This document shows, one piece after another, positions 18,352-26,533 of a stretch of 64,000 nucleotides of DNA. The notes beneath the pieces are model-generated. The model did not search any database. It saw only the letters and a list, made by a program, of their open reading frames with translations, and was not told where the DNA came from. Origin of the DNA: Verrucomicrobiota bacterium (GTDB lineage Bacteria; Verrucomicrobiota; Verrucomicrobiia; Limisphaerales; UBA9464). Numbering within the stretch: the stretch's first letter is position 1; each line of letters opens with the position of its first letter. The position numbers and the translations under genes are program-made. Location: positions 84,106-148,105 of the forward strand of contig JAXMHR010000014.1 of the NCBI GenBank assembly GCA_046346705.1, read 5' to 3'.

Positions 18352-20658
18352 TCAGGGATTCTCCGGAAGTTCCAGGAGGAAGGTGGCTCCGCGTCCCGGA
18401 GAACTCTCCACCCGAACCCTCCCGTGATGGCTCTCGGCGATCTGGCGCACGAGGGTGAGTCCGAGTCCGATCCCCTGGGTTTCGCGACGCAGTTCGGATC
18501 CGCGACGATGGAACCGCTCGAAGATGCGCTCCTGCTCTTCGCCGGGAATTCCCGGACCCTGATCGCGGACCCCGATCCGGAATGCGCGGGGCGCTCCGGG
18601 CAGGGCTTCCAGGAACACGGTGACCGTGGCGCCGTTTGGCGAATGTTTCAGGGCATTGTCGATGAGATTGACGAGGGCTTGCTGGACCGCACCGCCGTCC
18701 CAGTTCGCGGACTCCGAATCCCCGGTCGGGGCTTTGGGAAGCCGGACCTCCAGGACGACCGAGCGTTCCCGGGCGATGGGTTCGAGCAGATGCGTTGTTT
18801 CCCCGACCAGGCGGCGGACGTCCGTGGGAGAAAACTCATACCGGGTCCGGCCCTGTTCGAGTCGGGCGAAGTCGAGCACGTTTTCCACGAGGGTGCCGAG
18901 GCGCCGGGTTTCCCGGACGATCAGGCGCGCGTACTCCCGGCGTTTGTCCTCCCCCGTCAGCCGGTCTTCCGCCAATCCCTCCGCCAGGAGACGCATGCTG
19001 GCGAGTGGCGCCCGAAGTTCGTGGGAAACGCTGGAGACGAAATTGGATTGTTCGCGGTTGAGATCCAGCTGCCGGCGGAAGGCGCGCTGGGCCTGCCGGA
19101 CACCGATGCCCGCGACGCCTGCAGTCGTGAGGATCAGGCCGCCGAAAACCCACTGGCGCTGTCGATGGGCCGCGAACAGTGCCGCGGGATCCGTCAGCAC
19201 CGCCTCCACCGTGAACCGGGGTCCGAGCGTGCCGATGCCGGAGGCCGCGTCCGGAGCCAACTCCCCGGTGACCGACGACAGGACGGTTGCAGAGGATGCT
19301 GGGACCGCCCAGGCGGCGCCTGGCAGATCGAGGGTCCGTCCTTCGAGGTTGAAGCAGAGCGAAACGCCGGTTGGAAGTCCGGGTACCCGCCGCCGTGCGG
19401 TTGCGTCCGCACCCCAGTCCATTTCCGTGGCGCGTCGGAACAGCGCACCCAGCAGAGGGCCTGGCACCGCGCGCACCGAGAGGCGAGCCGTGTGGATCCC
19501 AGGGGAAGTTTCCGGTGGGGACTCCGGTTCGGCGGGCTCGAGGATTTTGGCCAGGGCCAGCCATTCCTGTCCCGCGGCGGAGATCCAGAAATGGGTTGGG
19601 GTCCGGGGCGAGGCGGTGATTTCGGATTGGATCCGCGCGGCGATTTCGCGTCGGCGCTGGGCGCCCTGCCAATGGTCCCGCAGGCGCACCAGGGCGTCCC
19701 GGGCACCCGTGGTGTCCGGGTCGGGCACCCTGCGTTCCGCCGCGTCGAGCAGCCAGGGTGTCAGGAGGGATGGTTGGAGGAGGACAAGTTCCGAGAGCAC
19801 CGAGAACTCTGCGGCATTCAACGGAGTGAGGGGATTCCGGAGCTGTTCTTCGGCGAGCGCCACGGCTCCCAGGGGAAGTCCGGTGGACGTCACGACCCGG
19901 GATCGGATGGCTTCGGAAGCCAGTTCCAGCAGGGCTGAACGGTGGGAGTTTGTGGTCGCGGAGGGAGTGGCGATCCGCAGGAGGGCGAGTCGGCAGTGGA
20001 ATTCCACGGCCTGCTTCAGCGCGGGATCGGGCGCGTTTTCCAGGAGCGGAGGAGGGTTGGTGGAAGCGGATTCTAGGGTTGGGCTGGGCAACGGATCTTG
20101 AATCCGTTCCCAGGCCTCGAATTGGTCCGGGGAGAGGTTGCGAAACCAATCGGGAGGAACCGGGACTGCCGAACACGGGGCCGGCCGCACCAGGACGCCG
20201 TGGACGTCCCATTGGATTCCGACGGGCAGGAGTTCGCCGGACGGAATTGCGTATCGTGTTTCGATGAGGATCCGCGGGTCCGTGTCGGTGCGGGGAGTCG
20301 GAGTCCAGGGAACCCGTTCGGTTCCATTGGTGCCGAGGCCGACCCTGAGATCGCCGGCGGTGACCGCCAGGGCCAACTCCGTTGGGATGGCCCGGGAGAG
20401 TCGGGTGGCGATCCGGCTGGTGACCTCCGCGGCGCGTTGACGGGCTTCCGACTCGACGGCGGCCCGGTCGCTGGAAAGCGCCGCCATGCCGCCCAGGGCC
20501 AGGGCGGCGACGGGGAGGAGAATCAGGGACAGCTGCAGCCGGGGGGACCGAGGCGATCGTGTTTCGTGCGGGACGCCAGGGAATCGCCGCCTGCGAATCC
20601 CCGCCCAAAGGCGGGTGAGCCGGGCACCGGGGCGGTTTGTGGCGCTCGTCGTCGGCAT
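18352..20658 (-). CDS. sensor histidine kinase with large extracytoplasmic domain
   Basis: 768 aa. Two TM segments flank a ~430-aa domain. HisKA H-box SSVSHELRAPL. HATPase_c boxes LIDNALKHSP, DQGPGIP, GIGLGL. Sits 26 nt upstream of the OmpR-type RR. Confidence 0.85.
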   Translation of the reverse strand: MPTTSATNRPGARLTRLWAGIRRRRFPGVPHETRSPRSPRLQLSLILLPVAALALGGMAALSSDRAAVESEARQRAAEVTSRIATRLSRAIPTELALAVTAGDLRVGLGTNGTERVPWTPTPRTDTDPRILIETRYAIPSGELLPVGIQWDVHGVLVRPAPCSAVPVPPDWFRNLSPDQFEAWERIQDPLPSPTLESASTNPPPLLENAPDPALKQAVEFHCRLALLRIATPSATTNSHRSALLELASEAIRSRVVTSTGLPLGAVALAEEQLRNPLTPLNAAEFSVLSELVLLQPSLLTPWLLDAAERRVPDPDTTGARDALVRLRDHWQGAQRRREIAARIQSEITASPRTPTHFWISAAGQEWLALAKILEPAEPESPPETSPGIHTARLSVRAVPGPLLGALFRRATEMDWGADATARRRVPGLPTGVSLCFNLEGRTLDLPGAAWAVPASSATVLSSVTGELAPDAASGIGTLGPRFTVEAVLTDPAALFAAHRQRQWVFGGLILTTAGVAGIGVRQAQRAFRRQLDLNREQSNFVSSVSHELRAPLASMRLLAEGLAEDRLTGEDKRREYARLIVRETRRLGTLVENVLDFARLEQGRTRYEFSPTDVRRLVGETTHLLEPIARERSVVLEVRLPKAPTGDSESANWDGGAVQQALVNLIDNALKHSPNGATVTVFLEALPGAPRAFRIGVRDQGPGIPGEEQERIFERFHRRGSELRRETQGIGLGLTLVRQIAESHHGRVRVESSPGRGATFLLELPENP

Positions 20659-20854
20659 GGCTTGGCCCTCGTTCGTAGCGCACCCTTGCCGAAGACGGCA
20701 GGGGAATTGTCAGGGAAATGTAATCTGCGCCTTTCCCGGGTCGTTGGAGTCGATGGGCGGCTTCCGGGCCTCGTGTCGGGAATGCTCCACGCCGGAGGCT
20801 TGCCTCGTCCGGTTCACCGCCTACGCTGGCCGCACTTCACCACCGGACGAACCC

Positions 20855-21859
20855 ATGACCATCGAGGAACAGATCGCGCAGTTTCGGGAAGCCTATGCCA
20901 CCGTCCTGAACGAAATCGGGCGCGTGGTGGTGGGCCAGCAATCCATCGTGGAGGGCACGCTCCAGGCCATTTTTGCCGGCGGCCACGTGTTGTTGGAAGG
21001 GGTGCCGGGACTTGGAAAGACGTTGCTGGTCCGCACGCTCGGCGAGGTTTTGGATCTGAGTTTTAATCGCATTCAGTTCACGCCGGATCTGATGCCGGCC
21101 GACATCCTCGGAACCAACCTGGTGGTCGAAACTCCGGAGGGGCGGCGTGAATTCCAGTTTCAAAAGGGGCCGGTGTTTGCGCATTTGTTGCTCGCAGACG
21201 AGATCAACCGGGCGACGCCGAAGACCCAGTCGGCCATGCTGGAGGCGATGCAAGAGAAGCAGGTGACCGCGGGCGGGGAGATCCGGCGCCTGGAGGAGCC
21301 GTTCTTCGTGCTGGCCACGCAGAATCCGATCGATCAGGAGGGCACCTATCCGCTTCCCGAAGCGCAGCTCGACCGTTTCTTTTTCAAGCTGGTGGTGGGA
21401 TACCCGACCGCCGCGGAAATGACCGAGGTCCTGAACCGCACGACCGAGGGCGACAAGGTGACCCCGGCCAAGGTGCTGGGTGGTGCGGGCCTGCGCACAC
21501 TCCAACGCCTGGTCCGACAGGTGCCGGTGGCCACCCATGTTAAGGATTATGCCGTTCGGCTCGTGCTCGCGACGCATCCCAAGACGGAGACCGCGGCGCC
21601 GATCACCAACCAGTATCTCAAGTTTGGCAGCAGCCCGCGCGGCGCCCAGGTGCTCCTGCTGGCGTCCAAGGTCCGGGCTCTGACCCAGGGCCGGTTCAAT
21701 GTCAGCTTTGACGACATCCAGTCCGTGGTCCTCCCGGCGCTGCGGCACCGTCTGATTCCGAACTTCGAGGCCGAGGCGGAGGGGATTACCACCGACCAGA
21801 TTCTCACGCAGATTCTTCGGGACGTGCCCCGCGACGCCGGACTTGCGGCAGCAGCGTGA
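20855..21859 (+). CDS. MoxR-like AAA+ ATPase
   Basis: ORF track 20486..21859. Start moved to MTIEEQIAQFREAY (ATG 20855). Walker A EGVPGLGKT, Walker B LLADEINRATPKTQSAMLEAMQE, FFVLATQNPIDQEGTYPLPEAQLDRF. Confidence 0.9.
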   Translation: MTIEEQIAQFREAYATVLNEIGRVVVGQQSIVEGTLQAIFAGGHVLLEGVPGLGKTLLVRTLGEVLDLSFNRIQFTPDLMPADILGTNLVVETPEGRREFQFQKGPVFAHLLLADEINRATPKTQSAMLEAMQEKQVTAGGEIRRLEEPFFVLATQNPIDQEGTYPLPEAQLDRFFFKLVVGYPTAAEMTEVLNRTTEGDKVTPAKVLGGAGLRTLQRLVRQVPVATHVKDYAVRLVLATHPKTETAAPITNQYLKFGSSPRGAQVLLLASKVRALTQGRFNVSFDDIQSVVLPALRHRLIPNFEAEAEGITTDQILTQILRDVPRDAGLAAAA

Positions 21860-21894
21860 GGGGAACCGTGTGAAGAAGGGACAACGAACGATCC

Positions 21895-21988
21895 GTTAGT
21901 AGTGCAGGCTTCAGCCTGTTCCGCGGGTGAGGGGGTGGAGTGGGTGGGGAAGCAGGCTAATGCCTGGACTACGAACCGGACTACGAAC
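21895..21988. repeat. nested-hairpin intergenic repeat, copy A (inverted orientation, partly decayed)
   Basis: Arms GTTAGTAGTGCAGGCTTCAGCCTG (21895-21918) and CAGGCTAATGCCTGGACTACGAAC (21953-21976). 34-nt spacer. GGACTACGAAC is directly repeated at 21966-21976 and 21978-21988. Confidence 0.8.
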
Positions 21989-22073
21989 GGTTCGGCATGG
22001 AGGGGAGCGTCCCTCTGGAACCATCCCAAATAGCTGTTGCGGAGGGGGGGGCGCTGACTATTCTGGGCATCCA

Positions 22074-22262
22074 ATGAGCGTCCTGAAGTACGTCAAGGCG
22101 GTTGCGCTGTCATTGTTGCTGCTCGCCGTATTGACCGGATGCGGCGGCATACAGGGGAGCAAGGGATTCTCCCCCGCCTCCTTTTTGATCCCGGGCATGG
22201 ATCTTCATGCCGGATCCGCCACCCCTTCGCTCCCTCCTTCGGAACTCACCCCTGCCCGCTAA
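22074..22262 (+). CDS. small putative lipoprotein (62 aa)
   Basis: MSVLKYVKAVALSLLLLAVLTGCGG: signal peptide with lipobox LTGC. Ends 6 nt before the radical SAM gene. No family recognised, so coding status is not proven. Confidence 0.45.
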   Translation: MSVLKYVKAVALSLLLLAVLTGCGGIQGSKGFSPASFLIPGMDLHAGSATPSLPPSELTPAR

Positions 22263-22268
22263 TTCAAC

Positions 22269-23696
22269 ATGCGATTCCCTCTCGCGCTGACGTTAAAGAT
22301 TGCCAAGCACATCACGAAGAACCGGCTGAAGGGCACCTCCAAGTTTGCGATGGTGCTGCAGTTGGAGCCGCTTCATACCTGCAATCTCACGTGCACGGGG
22401 TGCGGACGCATCCGGGAGTATTCCACCAGTTTGAAGGATTTGGTTCCGCTCGAGCAGTGTCTCGCAGCGGCGGCGGAGTGTGATGCCCCGATGGTGTCCG
22501 TCTGCGGTGGGGAACCCCTGATTTACCCGAAGATTGAGGAATTGGTGGCAGGGCTTCGGGCCCAGGGGCGGATCATCTACATCTGCACCAACGGCGTCTT
22601 CATGCGGAAGAAGATGCGTGAGCATCTGGCGGCGACGTACGGCCCGGCTGTCGAGCCGACGGTGGCGCGCCTGTTGTCCGAAGGATTGATCACCGAGAAG
22701 GAGGCTGAGCAGATCCGCAATCCCGACGAGGCGGCCCGGAAGAAGGTGACCATGGGCCCCACGAAGTGGATGTACTGGAATGTCCATGTGGACGGATTGG
22801 AATACACCCACGACCTCATCGTGGAGCGCGAGGGCGTGTTCAAGGAGTGCGTGCTGGCCATCCGGATGGCCAAGATCGTCGGCTACCAGGTGGCCACGAA
22901 CACCACGGTGTACAAGGAGACCAATCCGGCGGAACTCGAGCAGATGTTCCAGTTCCTCAGTTCGCTGGAAGTGGACGGACACACCATTTCTCCGGGATAC
23001 GATTACGATGCGGCAAAGAAGGACATGGTGAAGCGGTTGGGCCGGGACCCGAAGGATTTCTTCCTGACCCGGGATCTGGTCCGCGAGAAGTTCAAGGACA
23101 TCCGCCGATGGGGTGAGCAGTTCACGCTGTTTGGAACGCCGGTGTATCTGGAGTTCCTGGCGGGTCGCCGCGAACTGCCCTGTTCCGCCTGGGCGATCCC
23201 CACGTACAACGTCCGCGGCTGGAAGGCTCCGTGTTATGTCATGACCGAGGGACACTACGGCAGCTACCAGGAGGTGCTGAACAAGGTGGACTGGGAGAAG
23301 TACGGCACGAAGGACGGCGTGGCGCTGAATCCGAAGTGCGAAAACTGCATGATGCACAGCGGCTATGAGCCGTCGGGTGCGTTGAGCACCAAGCTCGGCG
23401 ACACCTGGGTCAACATGAAGTTCAACTTCGGTTCCAAGCCGAAGCCCTATCCGGCCTCCGCCGAGCTGACGAAGGCGGCCTACAACGGCGCCACCATCGG
23501 CAAGGGCCATCTCGCCGAGGCCAAGGCGGCCGTGAACCGCGAGTTGTCCGGAGCCAAGTCGGCCTATCAGCGCAACGGCGATGATCATACTCACGACCAC
23601 AGCGCCGGCGCCGACTCCTGCGGAAGCTCCCCGGAGCGTGATGCGCTGCTCGCCAAGGTGCGGGATGCAAAATCGGCTGAAGTGAAGGCCAGTTAG
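22269..23696 (+). CDS. radical SAM protein, HpnH-like (adenosylhopane-synthase family architecture with DUF3463-type C-terminal half)
   Basis: 475 aa. LEPLHTCNLTCTGCGRI (CxxxCxxC), GGEPL, ICTNG, VHVDG, VDGHTISPGYDY, FLEFLAGRRELPCSAW, GWKAPCYVM, KCENCMMHSGYE. Extra segment between ICTNG and VHVDG, and a ~90-aa C-terminal tail. Confidence 0.7.
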   Translation: MRFPLALTLKIAKHITKNRLKGTSKFAMVLQLEPLHTCNLTCTGCGRIREYSTSLKDLVPLEQCLAAAAECDAPMVSVCGGEPLIYPKIEELVAGLRAQGRIIYICTNGVFMRKKMREHLAATYGPAVEPTVARLLSEGLITEKEAEQIRNPDEAARKKVTMGPTKWMYWNVHVDGLEYTHDLIVEREGVFKECVLAIRMAKIVGYQVATNTTVYKETNPAELEQMFQFLSSLEVDGHTISPGYDYDAAKKDMVKRLGRDPKDFFLTRDLVREKFKDIRRWGEQFTLFGTPVYLEFLAGRRELPCSAWAIPTYNVRGWKAPCYVMTEGHYGSYQEVLNKVDWEKYGTKDGVALNPKCENCMMHSGYEPSGALSTKLGDTWVNMKFNFGSKPKPYPASAELTKAAYNGATIGKGHLAEAKAAVNRELSGAKSAYQRNGDDHTHDHSAGADSCGSSPERDALLAKVRDAKSAEVKAS

Positions 23697-23739
23697 GTTT
23701 TTGCGATCCGGATTCGGGCCCAGAAGGGTTCCCAGCGCA

Positions 23740-23769
23740 GGACCGGCGGAAGCCGGTCCTTTGCATTTT
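23740..23769 (+). terminator. rho-independent terminator candidate
   Basis: GGACCGGC-GGAA-GCCGGTCC is a perfect 8-bp stem with a tetraloop, followed by TTTGCATTTT. Begins 44 nt after the radical SAM stop. Confidence 0.55.
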
Positions 23770-23785
23770 CAGGCTCGAAGGGACT

Positions 23786-26533
23786 TTGTCATCTTCGCGA
23801 ATGGCCTCCCGGTTGCTACACTCCAGCATGGCCCGGCGGTGTCTTCCAATTCTAGGCCGTGCGCTGAGCGCGGGATTGACCTCCCTCGCGGCGCTGGCTG
23901 CCGAACCGGCGTCGTTTCGCCTCCCGGCGCTGGTCCGGTTTGTTCCCGAGGCACCGACTCCGGTTTCGGCAGCCCTGGCTCGGGCCGCAGCTCCGTCTGA
24001 ATCCACGATCCAGGCCCATCCTGCGGACGCGCCGGACGAACTGTGGGAATTCACCGATCGCGTCGCCTTGCAGGTCGATGCCTCCGTGTCGGTCGATTCC
24101 CTTCTGGAGGGGACTTCGCTGGTTTTGGACCGGACAATCCGGCCGGGATTATTCGTCCTGCAGGCTCCCAGTGCGTCGGAGGCCTGGCGCGTGGCTTCAG
24201 AATGGGCGGGTCGTGCCGGTGTGGTTTCGGTACACCCCGTGGTGCATCCGCCATGGGAGGTGCAGGATGCCTATGCGGCGGCGCCCAATGACGAATTCTT
24301 TCGGGCGCAGGCCCGGGGTGTTCCCGGTCAGTGGTATCTGGAAAACCGGGATCCGGAAACCGGGACCCGAATGGGAGCGGACATCAACGTCCGTCCCGCC
24401 TGGGCCATCACCCGCGGTGGAGGCGTCACGGTGGGGGTCGCGGATACCGGCGTGCAACTCACGCATCCCGACCTGCTGACTGCGACGTCTGGCAGGCCGC
24501 ATTTCAATTTCGATCTCGGAACTTCGGACGGGCGAAACATCCGGACGGACAACCTGGGGGCGCATGGGACCTCGGCGGCCGGATTGATCGCGGCCACGGC
24601 CAACAACGGATTGGGGATGAGTGGAATTGCCCCGGAGGCGGGGGTCGCCAGCTGGGTGATCTACAACCCCCGCGGGCAGATCGTGACCGACGAGAAACTT
24701 GGGGATGTCTTCCGACACGCCGGCGACCGGGTTGCCGTGCAGAGCCACAGTTGGGCACCCCCCGGACGTCGTCAGGTCGGGCCCTCGGTGCTTGAAGATG
24801 CGGGCATCCAGGATGCCTGGACCCTGGGGCGGGGTGGACTCGGAACGGTCATTGTGCGGAGTGCGGGCAACGACCGGGCGCGCGGGGCGCAGGCGGGGGA
24901 TGATGGATTTGCCGATGACCCGAGGGCGATCTGCGTGGGCGCCGTTCGCAACGATGGCAGTCCCGCCGGATATTCCGAGCCCGGCGCATGCGTCCTGGTG
25001 GCCGCCCCAGCGGGCGAACAGGATCAGGGCGGGCTTTTCACGACGGATCTTCAGGGGCCGGAGGGTGGGAACTTCATCAGCTATTTCCCGCCTGATGAGT
25101 ATTTGTCCGACTACCGCTGGGGCGCGCTGGGATTCTCCGGAACTTCCGCCGCAACTCCCGTCGTCGCGGGAGTGGCTGCCCTGGTGCTCTCGGTGAATCC
25201 GGGTCTTTCCGCACGCGACGTGCAGCAGGTGCTCCTGCTAAGCGCGCGACATTGGTATTCGACGGATCCGGGACTGGCCCGGAATCGGGCCGGTTTGACC
25301 TTCAGCCACAACCTGGGATTTGGAGTCGTGGATGCCGGTGCCGCGGTGCAACTGGCCCGCCACTGGTCCAACCGTCCCGCTGCCATCGAAGTGACGGCGG
25401 AGTCGCCGGGATCCGCGACGGAGATCCCTGATGCCGGGCTGCGTGTGGAACTGGAGGCGGAAACCGCGGGGGGGGAACCCCTGGTGATTTCCGGTCTTCC
25501 GGGGACGGGCATTCATCCGGAGTCGGCGACGGATTGGCTGCCCCTGGTCGATCTCGGGCTGGCGTTGACCGATCCGCCGCAACGGATCGACGGTCACGGG
25601 GCGCTGATTGAACGCGGGCAGGTCAATTATTCCGAGAAACTGGCCCGCGCTGCGGCGGCAGGGGCGGCGTTCGCGGTCGTCTATAATGCGGCCGCCGAAG
25701 TAATCCCCGATGGCAGTTGCCCGGGGGGCGAGCAGTTGTGTGTCCTCGCGGGAACGGATTACTCGCCGATTCCGGCCCTCTTCGTCCGCCGTTCCGCTGG
25801 GTTGGCGCTGCGCGACGCGATCACGACCGGTCCATCCCGTCGGGCCCGACTGCACCTCGCATCGGCGGTGCGAACCTTTGAGATCAGCCAGGACCTGCAG
25901 TGTGAGCACGTGGGTGTCCGCCTGCGGACGGATCACTCCGGACGCGGCGATCTCCGCGTGACGCTGCGCTCGCCATCCGGAACGGTCAGCGTCCTTCAGC
26001 GATACAATGCCGATACCAATGCGGGCCCTGCCGACTGGACCTACTGGAGCACACAGCATTTCTTCGAGCCGTCGGCCGGGACTTGGGAGCTGCGGGTGAC
26101 GGACGAGGCGGAATTGGAGGGGCGCGGCCAGGTGCTGGGAGCGACCCTCCGCGTGCAGGGAGTGCCGATTTTGGATTCCGACCATGATGGGTTGGAGGAC
26201 TCCTGGGAACGACTGCACTTCGGTGATCTGAACCAGGGACCGGCGGAGGATCCGGATGGGGACGGAGCCAGCAATCTCCTTGAGTCACTGACGGGAGGGG
26301 ATCCGCGTGTGGACGAGCGTTCGGCGGCGCCCGACGTGGGCTTTTTCAATGACCACGTGGTGCGGGTGAGCTGGCCCGGGGTAAGCGGAAGCGCCCATCA
26401 GGTGGAGGCCGGATCCTCCGTTGGGGATTGGAAGTCGGTGACCCGGGTCGAGGACCATTTTCCGGTGTCCGATGTCCTGGTGCCCGCGCCATCAGATGCT
26501 GGCGGATTCTTCCGGGTCACTCCGGCGCTGTAA
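23786..26533 (+). CDS. exported subtilisin-family (S8) protease of kexin/proprotein-convertase type with P-domain
   Basis: 915 aa. Catalytic triad contexts VGVADTGVQLTHPDL (Asp), HGTSAAGLIAA (His), GTSAATPVVAGVAALV (Ser). P-domain-like CEHVGVRLRTDHSGRGDLRVTLRSPSGT. Ca-binding DSDHDGLEDSWE / DPDGDGASNLLE. C-terminal FFR-type module. The start could be ATG 23801. Confidence 0.85.
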   Translation: MSSSRMASRLLHSSMARRCLPILGRALSAGLTSLAALAAEPASFRLPALVRFVPEAPTPVSAALARAAAPSESTIQAHPADAPDELWEFTDRVALQVDASVSVDSLLEGTSLVLDRTIRPGLFVLQAPSASEAWRVASEWAGRAGVVSVHPVVHPPWEVQDAYAAAPNDEFFRAQARGVPGQWYLENRDPETGTRMGADINVRPAWAITRGGGVTVGVADTGVQLTHPDLLTATSGRPHFNFDLGTSDGRNIRTDNLGAHGTSAAGLIAATANNGLGMSGIAPEAGVASWVIYNPRGQIVTDEKLGDVFRHAGDRVAVQSHSWAPPGRRQVGPSVLEDAGIQDAWTLGRGGLGTVIVRSAGNDRARGAQAGDDGFADDPRAICVGAVRNDGSPAGYSEPGACVLVAAPAGEQDQGGLFTTDLQGPEGGNFISYFPPDEYLSDYRWGALGFSGTSAATPVVAGVAALVLSVNPGLSARDVQQVLLLSARHWYSTDPGLARNRAGLTFSHNLGFGVVDAGAAVQLARHWSNRPAAIEVTAESPGSATEIPDAGLRVELEAETAGGEPLVISGLPGTGIHPESATDWLPLVDLGLALTDPPQRIDGHGALIERGQVNYSEKLARAAAAGAAFAVVYNAAAEVIPDGSCPGGEQLCVLAGTDYSPIPALFVRRSAGLALRDAITTGPSRRARLHLASAVRTFEISQDLQCEHVGVRLRTDHSGRGDLRVTLRSPSGTVSVLQRYNADTNAGPADWTYWSTQHFFEPSAGTWELRVTDEAELEGRGQVLGATLRVQGVPILDSDHDGLEDSWERLHFGDLNQGPAEDPDGDGASNLLESLTGGDPRVDERSAAPDVGFFNDHVVRVSWPGVSGSAHQVEAGSSVGDWKSVTRVEDHFPVSDVLVPAPSDAGGFFRVTPAL

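Noticed and set aside
18424-20683. Several 490-615-aa ORFs in other frames or on the other strand over the sensor kinase gene (18424-19938 +, 18620-20101 +, 18836-20683 -).
   Set aside because: Only the 18352-20658 frame contains HisKA/HATPase motifs and TM segments. The others are low-complexity Arg/Pro/Gly-rich translations.
22074-22262. Small ORF plus downstream radical SAM gene as a RiPP precursor and maturase pair.
   Set aside because: The radical SAM protein has the HpnH/DUF3463 motif layout rather than a SPASM/RRE-type maturase. The small ORF looks like a lipoprotein signal peptide followed by a short Pro/Ser-rich stretch, not a leader-core peptide. It is kept only as a neighbourhood note in the HpnH-like finding.
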